From NCBI GenBank assembly GCA_046347945.1, contig JAXMFB010000012.1, forward strand, positions 54,572-118,571: a stretch of 64,000 nucleotides of DNA, read 5' to 3'. The notes beneath the pieces were generated by a model. That model had not been told where the DNA came from and did no database searches. It was given only the letters and a program-made list of their open reading frames with translations. A program made the position numbers and the translations under genes. Positions 1-11,697 of this stretch are shown here, piece after piece; the first letter of the stretch is position 1, and the number at the start of each line of letters is the position of its first letter. Source of the stretch: Burkholderiaceae bacterium (GTDB lineage Bacteria; Pseudomonadota; Gammaproteobacteria; Burkholderiales; Burkholderiaceae_E).

Positions 1-63
1 GGCTCCCTGGTCGGTGGATGGCGGCGTTCGGGGCGCGGTCGAAGTCGGCCTAGAATGTCGGGC

Positions 64-534
64 ATGGCAAGCACATCTTCGGCGACGACGCCTGCAACGG
101 TAGTGGCCGGCTCACATCTCACGCTTCACTACCGGGTCAGTCTGGCCGATTCCGGCGAGGACGTCATTAGCACTTTCGGCGGCCGGCCAGCCACCCTTCA
201 GATCGGGCTCGGCCAGCTGGCCGAGCCGCTCGAGCGATGCCTGGTCGGGCTGGCCGAAGGCGCGCGCGCGAGCTTCGACCTGGCCCCCGAGCAGGCCTTC
301 GGTCCGCGCAATCCGGCGCTGCTGCAGACCCTGTCACGCGCGGCCTTCGACGCCCACACCGGCGGTGACACCGACTACCAGCCGGGCGACCCGGTCGAGT
401 TTCCCGCGCCCGGCGGCGGGCGCTACGCGGGCGTGCTCAAGGCGCTCGACGAGCGCCACGCGCTGTTCGATTTCAACCATCCGCTGGCCGGCCGGCGGAT
501 CCGCTTCGAGGTCGCGATCCTCGGCATCCTGTAG
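64..534 (+). CDS. fkpB: FKBP-type peptidyl-prolyl cis-trans isomerase (SlpA/FkpB)
   Basis: LTLHYR...STF...AFG.RNP...FDFNHPLAG motifs; directly upstream of ispH. Start placed at ATG 64, 7 nt after TAGAAT (51-56); the ORF track starts at 55. Confidence 0.88.
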   Translation: MASTSSATTPATVVAGSHLTLHYRVSLADSGEDVISTFGGRPATLQIGLGQLAEPLERCLVGLAEGARASFDLAPEQAFGPRNPALLQTLSRAAFDAHTGGDTDYQPGDPVEFPAPGGGRYAGVLKALDERHALFDFNHPLAGRRIRFEVAILGIL

Positions 535-542
535 GCACCCGC

Positions 543-1520
543 ATGGACGCGCTCCTCGCCCAGCCCCGCGGTTTCTGCGCCGGCGTCGACCGCGCGATCG
601 AGATCGTCGAGCGCGCGCTCGAGGTGTTCGGTCGCCCGGTCTACGTGCGCCACGAGATCGTCCACAACGAGCACGTCGTGCGCGAGCTGCGCGACAAGGG
701 TGCGATCTTCGTCGACGAGCTCGACCAGGTGCCCGACGGCGCCGTGGTGATCTTCTCGGCGCACGGCGTCTCCCGCGCGGTGCGCGCCGAGGCCGAGCGC
801 CGCGGCTTGCGCGTGTTCGATGCGACCTGCCCACTGGTGACCAAGGTGCACATCGAGGTCGCGAAGATGCGCCGCGACGGCCGCGAACTGGTCATGATCG
901 GACACGCCGGCCATCCCGAGGTGGAGGGCACGATGGGGCAGGCCGACAACGGCATCTACCTCGTCGAGACCGTCGACGACGTCGCGAAGCTGCGGGTGCG
1001 CGACCCGCAGCGGCTCGCCTACGTCACGCAGACCACGCTGTCGGTCGACGACTGCCGCGAGATCATCGCGGCGCTGAAGGCGCGCTTTCCGGCGATCGCC
1101 GAGCCGAAGAAGCAGGACATCTGCTACGCGACCCAGAATCGCCAGGACGCGGTCAAGGCGATGGCGCCGCAGTGCGACCTGGTGCTCGTGATCGGCTCGC
1201 CGACCAGCTCCAACAGCAACCGCCTGCGCGAGGTCGCCGAGAAGATGGGCTGCGAGGCGCGGATGATCGGCTCGGCGGCCGAGCTCGACCCGGCGTGGCT
1301 CGCGGGCAAGCGCCGCGTCGGGGTCACCGCCGGCGCGTCCGCGCCCGAGCGGCTGGTCGAGGAGCTGCTGGCGCGGCTGAAGGCGCTGGGCGTAGACGGC
1401 GTGCACGCGCTGGAAGGCGTGCGCGAGAACATGACGTTCCCGCTGCCCAAGGGGCTGGCGCGGCCGAAGGCCGAAGCGGACGATGCACGCGATTCGCTCC
1501 CGGAGCGCGAGCGGCGCTAG
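543..1520 (+). CDS. ispH: 4-hydroxy-3-methylbut-2-enyl diphosphate reductase
   Basis: [54 protein letters not shown] motifs. Confidence 0.97.
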   Translation: MDALLAQPRGFCAGVDRAIEIVERALEVFGRPVYVRHEIVHNEHVVRELRDKGAIFVDELDQVPDGAVVIFSAHGVSRAVRAEAERRGLRVFDATCPLVTKVHIEVAKMRRDGRELVMIGHAGHPEVEGTMGQADNGIYLVETVDDVAKLRVRDPQRLAYVTQTTLSVDDCREIIAALKARFPAIAEPKKQDICYATQNRQDAVKAMAPQCDLVLVIGSPTSSNSNRLREVAEKMGCEARMIGSAAELDPAWLAGKRRVGVTAGASAPERLVEELLARLKALGVDGVHALEGVRENMTFPLPKGLARPKAEADDARDSLPERERR

Positions 1521-1674
1521 CCTGTGCGCCCGGCCCCTGCCAGCTTCTCGGCCGCGCCTTCCGACGCCCGGTTGACGCAAGGCAAGTCGCTGGGCCCGCG
1601 GCTGCGGATGATGGTCCCTTGTTCGGGAGAACACTGTGGGCGGCCATCAGGCTCCTGTAGCCAGGGAGGGCATC

Positions 1675-2379
1675 ATGCTTCGACTACTCGCCATCGCGCT
1701 CGTTGCGGGCGCTTCACTGCTCGCGTCACGGGCCATGGCATTTCCGGTGACGGTGCAATCGGTGCTTTTCGACTACGACGGCGATGTGCTCACGGTCGGT
1801 CCTGCGGCGACCGACCCGTCGGGAAACGCGGTGATCAACGGTGACTTCACGATCCTGCAAGCTCCAGGGGCAGTCGAGCCGACGGTGGGCGATGGCATCG
1901 ATGACTGGACCCGGGGCACCTTCGACTTTCGAAGTGATCCGGCCTACGCCCAGTTCATCATGGGCGAAAGGATCACCGCGGCGACGTTGAGCCTCGTCTT
2001 GTCCCCGGTCGATGGCCTCTTCTCCAACGACCAGTTCAACCTCGAGAACGGCCCGTTCACCGGCTCTCCGGAGATCGGCAATCAGCTCTACGACAACGCG
2101 TTTCTGGAAAACGGGATCTCCAAGATCGTCACGCTGAACCTGCTGGACTATTTCACTTCCGAGCAGCTGATGAACTTCCTGTCTGGCGGCACGGGTGACT
2201 TCCTCAATGACGGCCGCATCGTCTTCACCTACGGCGACGACACCATCGTGTCGGGCGCGATGATGCAGCTGACCGCAGTTCCCGAGCCTCCGACGCTGGC
2301 GCTGGTGGGCGTGGCGCTCGCCGGATTCGGCGCGGCGCGGCGCCGCAAGGTTCGAGAAGGGGTGGTTGCGCGCCACTGA
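1675..2379 (+). CDS. PEP-CTERM sorting-domain secreted protein
   Basis: GGAGGG before ATG 1675; N-terminal signal peptide; acidic Gly/Thr/Asp-rich body; C-terminal VPEPPTLALVGVALAGFGAARRRK (PEP + TM + basic cluster). Confidence 0.88.
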   Translation: MLRLLAIALVAGASLLASRAMAFPVTVQSVLFDYDGDVLTVGPAATDPSGNAVINGDFTILQAPGAVEPTVGDGIDDWTRGTFDFRSDPAYAQFIMGERITAATLSLVLSPVDGLFSNDQFNLENGPFTGSPEIGNQLYDNAFLENGISKIVTLNLLDYFTSEQLMNFLSGGTGDFLNDGRIVFTYGDDTIVSGAMMQLTAVPEPPTLALVGVALAGFGAARRRKVREGVVARH

Positions 2380-2422
2380 GTGGTTGGGCAGTCTGCCGGC
2401 CGCAGGGCGCCTTGAAGGACGA

Positions 2423-2454
2423 AAGGGTCAGAGGCCGTCAGGCCTCTGACCCTT
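2423..2454 (-). terminator. Intrinsic terminator downstream of tRNA-Thr (possibly bidirectional)
   Basis: Perfect 14-bp stem AAGGGTCAGAGGCC-gtca-GGCCTCTGACCCTT, 7 nt past the tRNA CCA. Confidence 0.75.
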
Positions 2455-2461
2455 GCATGAC

Positions 2462-2537
2462 TGGTGCCGATGGACGGACTCGAACTGTCGACCTTCGCAT
2501 TACGAATGCGCTGCTCTACCAACTGAGCTACACCGGC
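2462..2537 (-). tRNA. tRNA-Thr (CGT)
   Basis: Minus strand GCCGGTGTAGCTCAGTTGGTAGAGCAGCGCATTCGTAATGCGAAGGTCGACAGTTCGAGTCCGTCCATCGGCACCA: 76-nt cloverleaf, anticodon loop TT-CGT-AA, TTCGA loop, encoded CCA. Confidence 0.97.
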
Positions 2538-2636
2538 GTATCCGGCGCCCGCCGTGAGGCGGGCACGCGGACAGCCGAAAAGTATAGCAGAGCCGGGTGC
2601 GCGATGGGGCGTTCGTCGTTGATACGGCGCCCGGTA

Positions 2637-3617
2637 TCAACGATCTTCGTCGATCGGCGAAGCGGGTGCGATGCCCGCCAGCGTCGCGTCGACGGTCGGC
2701 CAGCGCAATCGGCAGCGCAACTCGCGCGCGAGCCGCCGGTTGGCCAGTCGCCGCGATTCGCTCATGAACGACAGCATCGCCGGGCCGACCTGCCGGGCGA
2801 CTTCGTCGCGCGAAAAGCGCGGCGGTCGCGGCAGGCCCAGCGCGTCGGCGACCTTGTCGAAGTACGCGCCCATCTTCAGGTCGCTGTCGTCGACGGCGTG
2901 ATAGACGCGGCCCGGCCGGCCGCGGAACAACGCGAGCCACGCGGCGCGCGCGAGGTCTTCCGCGTGGATGTGGTTGGTGAAGACGTCCTCGGCGTCGGCC
3001 AGCGCCGGCGTGCCGCGGCGCAGCCGCTCGATCGGCAGGCGGTCCTGCGCATAGATGCCCGGTGCGCGCAGGATCGGCACGCGCGCCGTGCCGCTCGCGG
3101 CCAGCGCGCGCATCCTGCGCTCGGCGGCCACCCGGCGGATCGCCCGCGCGCTGGTCGGTGCGACCGGCCGCGTCTCGTCGAATGCTGCGCCTGCGCAGTC
3201 GCCGTAGACGCCGGTGGTGCTGACGTAGGCCCAGCGCGCTGCCGGGCCGCGGCTGCGGCGCCGGCGCAGCGCGGCGGCGCAGGCCGCGATCAGGCGCGCG
3301 GTGCGCGGATCGTCGGCACCTTCGGCCGGCGGAGGGGCGAGGTCGATCGTCCAGCCGCAGAATGCGGCCAGCCGGCGCAGCGAGCGCCGGTCGTCGAGGT
3401 CGGCACCGAGCGCGCGCGCGCCCAGCGCGCGCGCCGCCGCCTGCTGCTCGGGCCGCCGCGTCACCGCGACGGCGCCGAGCGCATCGCGCAGCCGCGGCGC
3501 AAGCTGGCGCAGCAGCCGCATGCCGACGTCGCCGCAGCCGACCACCAGCAGGCGCGGCCGGCGAAATCGCCTGGGCAGGGAGCGCGGCACGGCGCGCGAA
3601 GCGAAGCGGAATCTCAT
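2637..3617 (-). CDS. NAD-dependent epimerase/SDR family oxidoreductase (YeeZ-like)
   Basis: LLVVGCGDVG Rossmann motif, YVSTTGVYGD, LRAPGIYA, FTNHIHAEDL, SFMSESRRL; C-terminal part of ORF 2637..5342. Confidence 0.85.
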   Translation of the reverse strand: MRFRFASRAVPRSLPRRFRRPRLLVVGCGDVGMRLLRQLAPRLRDALGAVAVTRRPEQQAAARALGARALGADLDDRRSLRRLAAFCGWTIDLAPPPAEGADDPRTARLIAACAAALRRRRSRGPAARWAYVSTTGVYGDCAGAAFDETRPVAPTSARAIRRVAAERRMRALAASGTARVPILRAPGIYAQDRLPIERLRRGTPALADAEDVFTNHIHAEDLARAAWLALFRGRPGRVYHAVDDSDLKMGAYFDKVADALGLPRPPRFSRDEVARQVGPAMLSFMSESRRLANRRLARELRCRLRWPTVDATLAGIAPASPIDEDR

Positions 3618-3686
3618 TGGCGTCAAACTCGCGCGATGGCCTGCAGGCCATAATAGCGGCTTTGCGCGATCGCCCTCGGGCCAGCC

Positions 3687-4730
3687 ATGAGCTTCAAGGT
3701 CACCGTCGCCCCCAGCGGCAGGCAGTTCGACGTCGACGACGACGAGTTCATCCTCGAAGCGGCATTGCGCCAGGGGGTCGTGCTGCCCTACGGTTGCCGC
3801 AACGGCGCCTGCGGCTCGTGCAAGGCGCGCGTCGTCGACGGCCGGATCGAGCAGGGGCCGCATGCCGACAAGGCGCTCGCGGCCGACGAGGCGGCGCGCG
3901 GTTATGCGCTGCTGTGCTGCTCGCACGCGCGTTCCGACCTCGCAGTCGAATGTCGCGTCGTCGCTGCCGCAGGCGACATCCCGATCCGCAAGATGCCGTG
4001 CCGGATCGCCTCGATCGCGTTCCTCGCCCCCGACGTGGCGGGGCTGAAGCTGCAGTTGCCGGCCAACGAGCGCCTGCAGTACCTGGCGGGCCAGTACATC
4101 GAAGTGCTGCTGAAAGACGGCTCGCGTCGCAGCTACTCGATGGCTTGCGCGCCGCACCTGGCCGAGCAGCTCGAATTGCACGTGCGCCACATGCCGGGCG
4201 GGCGCTTCACCGACGCGCTGTTCGGCGTGACGCAACCGGCGGTCAAGGTGCGCGACATCCTGCGCTTCGAAGGGCCGATGGGCACCTTCTTCCTGCGCGA
4301 GGACAGCGACCGGCCGATCGTGCTGCTGGCGAGCGGCACCGGCTTCGCGCCGATCAAGGCGATCGTCGAGCACGCGCGCCACAAGGGCATCGCGCGCCCG
4401 ATGACGCTGTACTGGGGCGGCCGGCGTCCGCGCGACCTGTACCTGAACGCGCTGGCCGAACAGTGGGCCCGCGAGATCGACGGCTTCCGTTACGTGCCGG
4501 TGGTGTCCGACGCGCTGCCCGAAGACGACTGGCACGGGCACACCGGCTTCGTGCATCGTGCGGTCATGGACGACTTCCCCGACCTGTCCGGGCACCAGGT
4601 CTATGCCTGCGGCGCGCCGGTCGTCGTCGATTGCGCGCGCCGCGACTTCACCTCGGTCTGCCGGTTGCCGCAGGCCGAGTTCTTCGCGGACTCCTTCACG
4701 TCGGCGGCCGACCTGGCCCATGCCGGGTAG
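3687..4730 (+). CDS. 2Fe-2S/FAD/NAD oxidoreductase (CDP-6-deoxy-delta-3,4-glucoseen reductase family)
   Basis: LPYGCRNGACGSCK ferredoxin domain, RRSYS flavin motif, ASGTGFAP, YACG. Confidence 0.9.
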   Translation: MSFKVTVAPSGRQFDVDDDEFILEAALRQGVVLPYGCRNGACGSCKARVVDGRIEQGPHADKALAADEAARGYALLCCSHARSDLAVECRVVAAAGDIPIRKMPCRIASIAFLAPDVAGLKLQLPANERLQYLAGQYIEVLLKDGSRRSYSMACAPHLAEQLELHVRHMPGGRFTDALFGVTQPAVKVRDILRFEGPMGTFFLREDSDRPIVLLASGTGFAPIKAIVEHARHKGIARPMTLYWGGRRPRDLYLNALAEQWAREIDGFRYVPVVSDALPEDDWHGHTGFVHRAVMDDFPDLSGHQVYACGAPVVVDCARRDFTSVCRLPQAEFFADSFTSAADLAHAG

Positions 4731-4742
4731 ACGGGGGCGCAC

Positions 4743-5449
<707 letters not shown>

Positions 5450-5453
<4 letters not shown>

Positions 5454-7813
5454 GCCCGCTCGTGCGCATCATGCTGCGCGAGCTCTGGCACCTGCGCGGG
5501 CAGGTGATCGCGGCCGCGCTGGTCGTCGCCTGCGGCGTCGCGGCATTCGTCTCGATGCGCGGCACCTATCACTCGCTGGTCGTCGCCCAGGACGACTACT
5601 ACGCGAGCTACCGCTTCGCCGACGTGTTCGCGAACCTGAAGCGGGCGCCGGAGGCGCTGGCGCAGCGCATCCGCGCGATTCCCGGCGTCGCAACGGTCGA
5701 CACGCGCGTCGTGGCCGACGTGACGCTGGACGTGCCCGGCCTGGCGGAGCCGGCGACCGGGCGGCTGGTCTCGATCCCGCCGCGGCGCGAGCCGATGCTC
5801 GACGACCTTGCGTTGAGTGCGGGCCGCTACATCGAGGCCGGTCGCAGCGACGAGGCGATCGCCAGCCGTACGTTCGCCGAGGCCAATGGCCTGCGCGTCG
5901 GCGACTCGATCGGCGCGGTGCTCAACGGCCGCTGGACCAGGCTCACGATCGTCGGGCTCGCACTGTCGCCCGAATACGTCTACGAGGTCGGCTCGGGCGT
6001 CGTGTTTCCCGACAATCGTCACTTCGGCGTCCTGTGGATGGGCCGTCCGGCGCTCGCCGCGGCGTTCCAGATGGACGGGGCGTTCAACGACGTGGCGCTG
6101 ACGCTGGCGTCCGGCGCGGTGGCGCAGGACGTCGTCGATCGCCTCGACCGCCTGCTCGAGCCGTACGGCGGGCTGAGCGCCTATCCCAGGCGCGACCAGG
6201 TCTCGCACCGGTTCCTCGCCGACGAGTTCGGCGAGATCGAGATCACCTCCACCTGGATCCCGGCGCTGTTCCTGGCGGTGGCGGCATTCCTGCTCTACAC
6301 GGTACTCTCGCGCCTGGTGAGCACGCAGCGCGCGCAGATCGGGCTGCTCAAGGCCTTCGGCTATTCCGACCTCGCCGTCGGCCTGCTCTACCTGTCGTTC
6401 GCGGTCGCGACGGTCACGATCGGAACGATCGTGGGGATGGCCGCGGGAATCTGGTTCGGCGGGCTGATGACCGGCCTCTACGGCGACTATTTCCACTTCC
6501 CGCGCCTGTCGTTCGAGGCGCCCGCGTCGGTGCTGCTCCAGACCGCGCTGATCGGGTTCGTCGCGGCCGGTGTCGGCGCGCTGGGCGCGGCGCGTCGCGC
6601 CTCGTCGCTGCCGCCGGCCGAAGCGATGCGCGCCGAGCCGCCGGCCAGCTTTCGCGCCGGGTCGATCGAGCGCAGCGGCGCCGCCGCGCTGCTGGCGCCG
6701 ACGCTGCGGATGATCCTTCGCAACCTCGCGCGGCGCCCGTGGCGCGCGGCGCTGTCGATCCTCGGCGTCGCGCTGGCGATCGGACTCATGGTCGTGGGGC
6801 GCTTCGGAATCGACGCCTCGAGCCACCTGATGCACGTGCAGCTCGACGTCATCAAGCGCGACGACGTCACCGTGACCTTGCGCGAGCCGCGCGAAGCGTC
6901 GGCGCGCGAGGAGATCGCGCGGCTGCCCGGCGTGCTGCGCGCCGAGGGCTTTCGCGCGGCGGCGGCGTGGCTGCGCCATGGCCACCGTGCGAAGAAGGTC
7001 GCGCTGGTGGGCATCGACGCGGACGGCACGTTGCACAGGCTGGTCGACCGGCGCCTGCGGCGCATCGACCTGCCCCCCGACGGGTTGGCGCTCGGCAGGA
7101 AGCTCGCGGAGATCCTCGGCGTCGGGGTCGGCGACACGGTCAGCGTCGAGGTCATCGAAGGCGCGCGCCCGGTGCGCGAGGTGCCGGTCTCGGCGGTGGT
7201 CGACGAATACCTGGGCCTGGGCGCGTACATGGATCGGCGCGCGCTCGCGCGGCTGCTGCGCGAGGACCGGCTCGTGTCGGGCGCGCGGCTCAGGGTCGAT
7301 CCGGCGCAGGCGCCGCGGCTGTATGCCGAGCTCAAGCAGATCCCCGCGGTGGCCGGCGTCGAGGTCAAGGAGTCGGTGCGCAAGGTCGTGCAGGACTCGC
7401 TCGACCGCGCGTTCGAGATGTTCAGCCGGATCATCGTCGTCTTCGCCGGCGTGATCGTCGCCGGCACCATCTACAACAGTGCGCGCATCGCGCTGTCGGA
7501 ACGCGGCAACGAACTGGCCAGCCTGCGCGTGCTCGGTTTCCGGCAACGCGAGATCGTGGCGATCCTGCTGGGCGAGCAGGCGCTGCTGGTCGCGGCTGCC
7601 ATCCCGCTCGGCCTGGGCATCGGGTACGCGATCGCGGCCGCGCTGGTCCCGGTCTTCGACCGCGAGATGTTCCGCCTGCCGCTGGTGATCACGAACCTGA
7701 CCTATGCCTGGGCGGCGCTGGCGGCGATCGTCGCGGCGCTGCTGTCGGGGGCCGTCGTCGCCACGCGCATCGGGCGCCTCGACCTCGTTGCCGTGCTGAA
7801 GACCCGGGAATGA
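5450..7813 (+). CDS. FtsX/MacB-like ABC transporter permease (duplicated)
   Basis: C-terminal part of ORF 3362..7813; GTGA overlap with the ATPase stop; two permease repeats ([27 protein letters not shown]). Confidence 0.9.
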
Positions 7814-8992
7814 ACAGACCGATGAAGAGATCGTTGCGCACGCTCGGATATGCGGCCGGCGCGGTCGCGATCGCCGCGCTGGCGGCGTGGGCGCTGCGCC
7901 CCGAGCCGATCGAGGTCGAGATCGCCCGCGTGTCGAGGGGGCCGATGGAGGTCACGGTCGAGGATCGCGGCGAGATGCGCAGCCACGACCGGTTCACGAT
8001 CGTCGCGCCGGTCGCCGGCCGCCTGATACGCATCGAGATCCACGACGGCGACCGCGTCGACGAGAACGAGGTCGTCGCGAACATCGCGCCGGCGCCGCTG
8101 GGCGCGCGCGAGCGCAGCGAGTGGAGCGCGCGGGTGGCCGCGGCCGAGGCGCTGCAGCGCGAGGCCGAAGAGCACGCCCGGCGCGCGCGCGAGGATCTCG
8201 CGCAGGCGCGGCGCGAGCGCGAGCGCGTCGAGCGACTGGTCGCCGACGGCTTCGTGACGGCGCAGGCCGCCGACAAGGCGCGCAGCGACGAGGCGGCGGC
8301 GGCCAACGAGGCCGACGCGGCGCTTCCGCGCGCGCTCGGCCGCCGCCGAGGTGCGGGTCGCGCGATCGGCGCTCATCGCGCAGGGGGCGGGCGGCGACGC
8401 GACGGCGCTGGTGCCGGTGCGCGCGCCGATCACCGGGCGCGTGCTGCGCGTCCCCGACCAGAGCGAGCGCGTGGTGGCGGCCGGCACGCCGCTGATGACG
8501 ATCGGCGACCAGTCGCGCCTCGAGGCGGTGGTCGAACTGCTGTCGTCGGAGGCGGTCAGGGTCGCGCCGGGCATGCCGGTGCGGATCGAGGGCTGGGGTG
8601 GGCCCGGGCCGCTGCGCGCGAAGGTCCGCCTGGTCGAGCCGTTCGCATTCACGAAGGTCTCGGCGCTCGGCGTCGAGGAGAAACGCACCAACGTGATCGC
8701 CGACCTCGTCGATCCGCCCGGGTCGCTCGGGGACGGCTACCGGATCGAGGCTCGCATCGTGGTCTGGAGCGCACCGGATGTGCTGCGCGCGCCGGCCAGC
8801 GCGGTCTACCGCTGCGCCGAGGGCTGGTGCGGGTTCGTCGTCGACGACGGCAGGGCGCGGCGTCGCGTCGTGAGAATCGGGCAGCGCAACTCGCTCGAGG
8901 TGCAGCTGCTCGAGGGCGTGACCGAGGGCGAGACGCTGGTGCGCCACCCCGGCAACGATCTCGAGGACGGCGCGCGCGTGGCCACGCGCTGA
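7810..8992 (+). pseudogene. Efflux periplasmic adaptor subunit (HlyD/MacA-like), frameshifted near 8320
   Basis: N-terminal half (MNRPMK...APVAGRL...ADAA) lies in the frame of ORF 6034..9018. C-terminal half (RFRARSAAAEVR...VRAPITGRVL...KVSALGVEEKR) lies in the frame of ORF 8351..8992. May be a sequencing error. Confidence 0.82.
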
Positions 8993-8996
8993 GCGC

Positions 8997-9719
<723 letters not shown>

Positions 9720-9735
9720 GCGCGCGTGCCCGCCG

Positions 9736-10515
9736 TCAGTGCGCCGCGCTCGCGCCGAGGTAGGCCTCGATCACGGCCGGGTCGCGCTGCACGTGCGCGG
9801 GCGTTCCCTCGGCGATGACCTTGCCGTAGTCGAGCACGGTCACGCGGTCGCACAGGCCCATCACCAGCTTCACGTCGTGCTCGATCAGCAGGATCGTTCG
9901 ATCGTCTCTGCGGATGTGCGACAGCAGGTCGCGCAGCGTGAGCTTCTCGGTCGCGTTCATCCCGGCGGCGGGCTCGTCGAGCGCCAGCAGCTTCGGGTCG
10001 GTGGCGAGCGCGCGCGCGATCTCGAGGCGGCGCTGGTCGCCGTACGACAGCGTGCGTGCCTGGAAGTCCGCGTAGCGCGCGATCCCGACGTAGTCGAGCA
10101 GCTCGAGCGCGCGCGCACGGATCTGCGCTTCTTCCCGGCGCTGGCCGGCGGTGCGCAACACCGCGCCGAGGACGCCGGCGCGGGTGCGCACGTGGCGACC
10201 GACCATCACGTTCTCGAGCGCGGTCATCTCGCCGAACAGGCGGATGTTCTGGAACGTCCGGGCGATGCCGGCCGCGGCGACGCGGTGCACCGCGCTCGGC
10301 TCGTAGGGCGTGCCGTCGAGCACGAACCGGCCCGCGTCGGGCGTGTACAGCCCGGTGACGACGTTGAAGAACGTCGTCTTGCCGGCGCCGTTGGGGCCGA
10401 TCAGTCCGTAGATCTCGCCCCGCCGGATCTCCAGGCCGACGTCCGACAGCGCCTGCAGGCCGCCGAAGCGCTTGTCGACGCCGGTCACCGACAACAGCGT
10501 GCGGGCCTCGTCCAT
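9736..10515 (-). CDS. livG: Branched-chain amino acid ABC transporter ATP-binding protein
   Basis: MDEART...KRFGGL...GPNGAGKTT, ARTFQNIRLF, LSYGDQRRLEIARAL. Confidence 0.93.
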   Translation of the reverse strand: MDEARTLLSVTGVDKRFGGLQALSDVGLEIRRGEIYGLIGPNGAGKTTFFNVVTGLYTPDAGRFVLDGTPYEPSAVHRVAAAGIARTFQNIRLFGEMTALENVMVGRHVRTRAGVLGAVLRTAGQRREEAQIRARALELLDYVGIARYADFQARTLSYGDQRRLEIARALATDPKLLALDEPAAGMNATEKLTLRDLLSHIRRDDRTILLIEHDVKLVMGLCDRVTVLDYGKVIAEGTPAHVQRDPAVIEAYLGASAAH

Positions 10516-10520
10516 CGCGC

Positions 10521-11678
10521 TCAGCTCCTGCCCGCGGCGGCCGCGTCGGGCGCGCCGGACCGCTTGCGCTGCACCGGGTTGCTGCCGTGCTTCGGCGCCG
10601 GCCACAGGCCGGTGGGCCGATAGAGCATGATCAGCACCAGCGAGAGCCCGAACAGCAGCATCCGCAGCGCCTCGGGCGCCACCAGCTCGGTGCCGAACAC
10701 CGCCAGCTGGATCGGCCGCGCAATCTCGCGCAGCGTCTCCGGGATCGCGTACAGCAGCACGGCGCCGAGGACCACGCCCGGCACGTGCCCCATGCCGCCG
10801 AGCACGACCATCGCGACGATGACGATCGACTCCATCAGGATGAAGCTCTCGGGCGAGACGAACCCCTGGAACGACGCGAACATCGCGCCCGACACGCCGC
10901 CGAACGACGCGCCCATCGCGAACGCGAGCAGCTTGACGTTGCGCGTGTTGATGCCCATCGCCCTGGCGGCGATCTCGTCCTCGCGGATCGCCATCCAGGC
11001 GCGGCCGATCCGCGAGTCCTGCAGCCTGATCGACACCACGATCACGGCGATCGCCAGCACGAGGAACAGGTAGTAGTACAGCGTGACCGACGGGACCCGC
11101 AGGTTGCCCAGTTCGATCGTCTTCGAGAAGTCGAGCCCGGCGATGCGCACCGGGTCGATGTTGCTGATTCCCTGCGGCCCGTTCGTGATGTTCAGCGGCG
11201 CGTTCAGGTTGTTCAGGAAGATCCGGATGATCTCGCCGAAGCCGAGCGTGACGATCGCCAGGTAGTCGCCGCGCAGTCGAAGCACCGGCGCGCCGAGGAT
11301 CACTCCGAAGAACGCTGCGAGCAGGGCCCCGAGCGGCACGACCAGCCAGATCGAGTTGTGCAGCCCGTCCGGAAAGGCCGCGGCGATCCACTCGAAATTC
11401 TCCATCAGGTGCGGCGAGGCGAGCAGCGCGTACATGTACGCGCCCACGGCGTAGAACGCGACGTAGCCGAGGTCGAGCAGGCCGGCGTAGCCGACCACGA
11501 TGTTCAGCCCGAGCGCGAGCATCACGTAGAGCAGCGCGAAATCGGCCAGCCGCACCCATCGATTGCCGCCCATGCCGAGCACGAACGGCAGCGCGGCGAG
11601 CGCGACCGCGACGGCGACGGTGGCTGCGAGGGCCGCCCTGGGCCGGTCGCGCAGCGAGGGGAAGAAGGTCGTGATCAT
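10521..11678 (-). CDS. livM: Branched-chain amino acid ABC transporter permease
   Basis: GLNIVVGYAGLLDLGYVAFY, LRLRGDYLAIVTLGFGEI, SRIGRAWMAIREDE. Confidence 0.93.
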   Translation of the reverse strand: MITTFFPSLRDRPRAALAATVAVAVALAALPFVLGMGGNRWVRLADFALLYVMLALGLNIVVGYAGLLDLGYVAFYAVGAYMYALLASPHLMENFEWIAAAFPDGLHNSIWLVVPLGALLAAFFGVILGAPVLRLRGDYLAIVTLGFGEIIRIFLNNLNAPLNITNGPQGISNIDPVRIAGLDFSKTIELGNLRVPSVTLYYYLFLVLAIAVIVVSIRLQDSRIGRAWMAIREDEIAARAMGINTRNVKLLAFAMGASFGGVSGAMFASFQGFVSPESFILMESIVIVAMVVLGGMGHVPGVVLGAVLLYAIPETLREIARPIQLAVFGTELVAPEALRMLLFGLSLVLIMLYRPTGLWPAPKHGSNPVQRKRSGAPDAAAAGRS

Positions 11679-11697
11679 CCGCGCGTCGCCTCGCGCC

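Noticed and set aside
1521-2537. Prophage or integrative element at tRNA-Thr
   Set aside because: No integrase and no duplicated tRNA 3' end visible.
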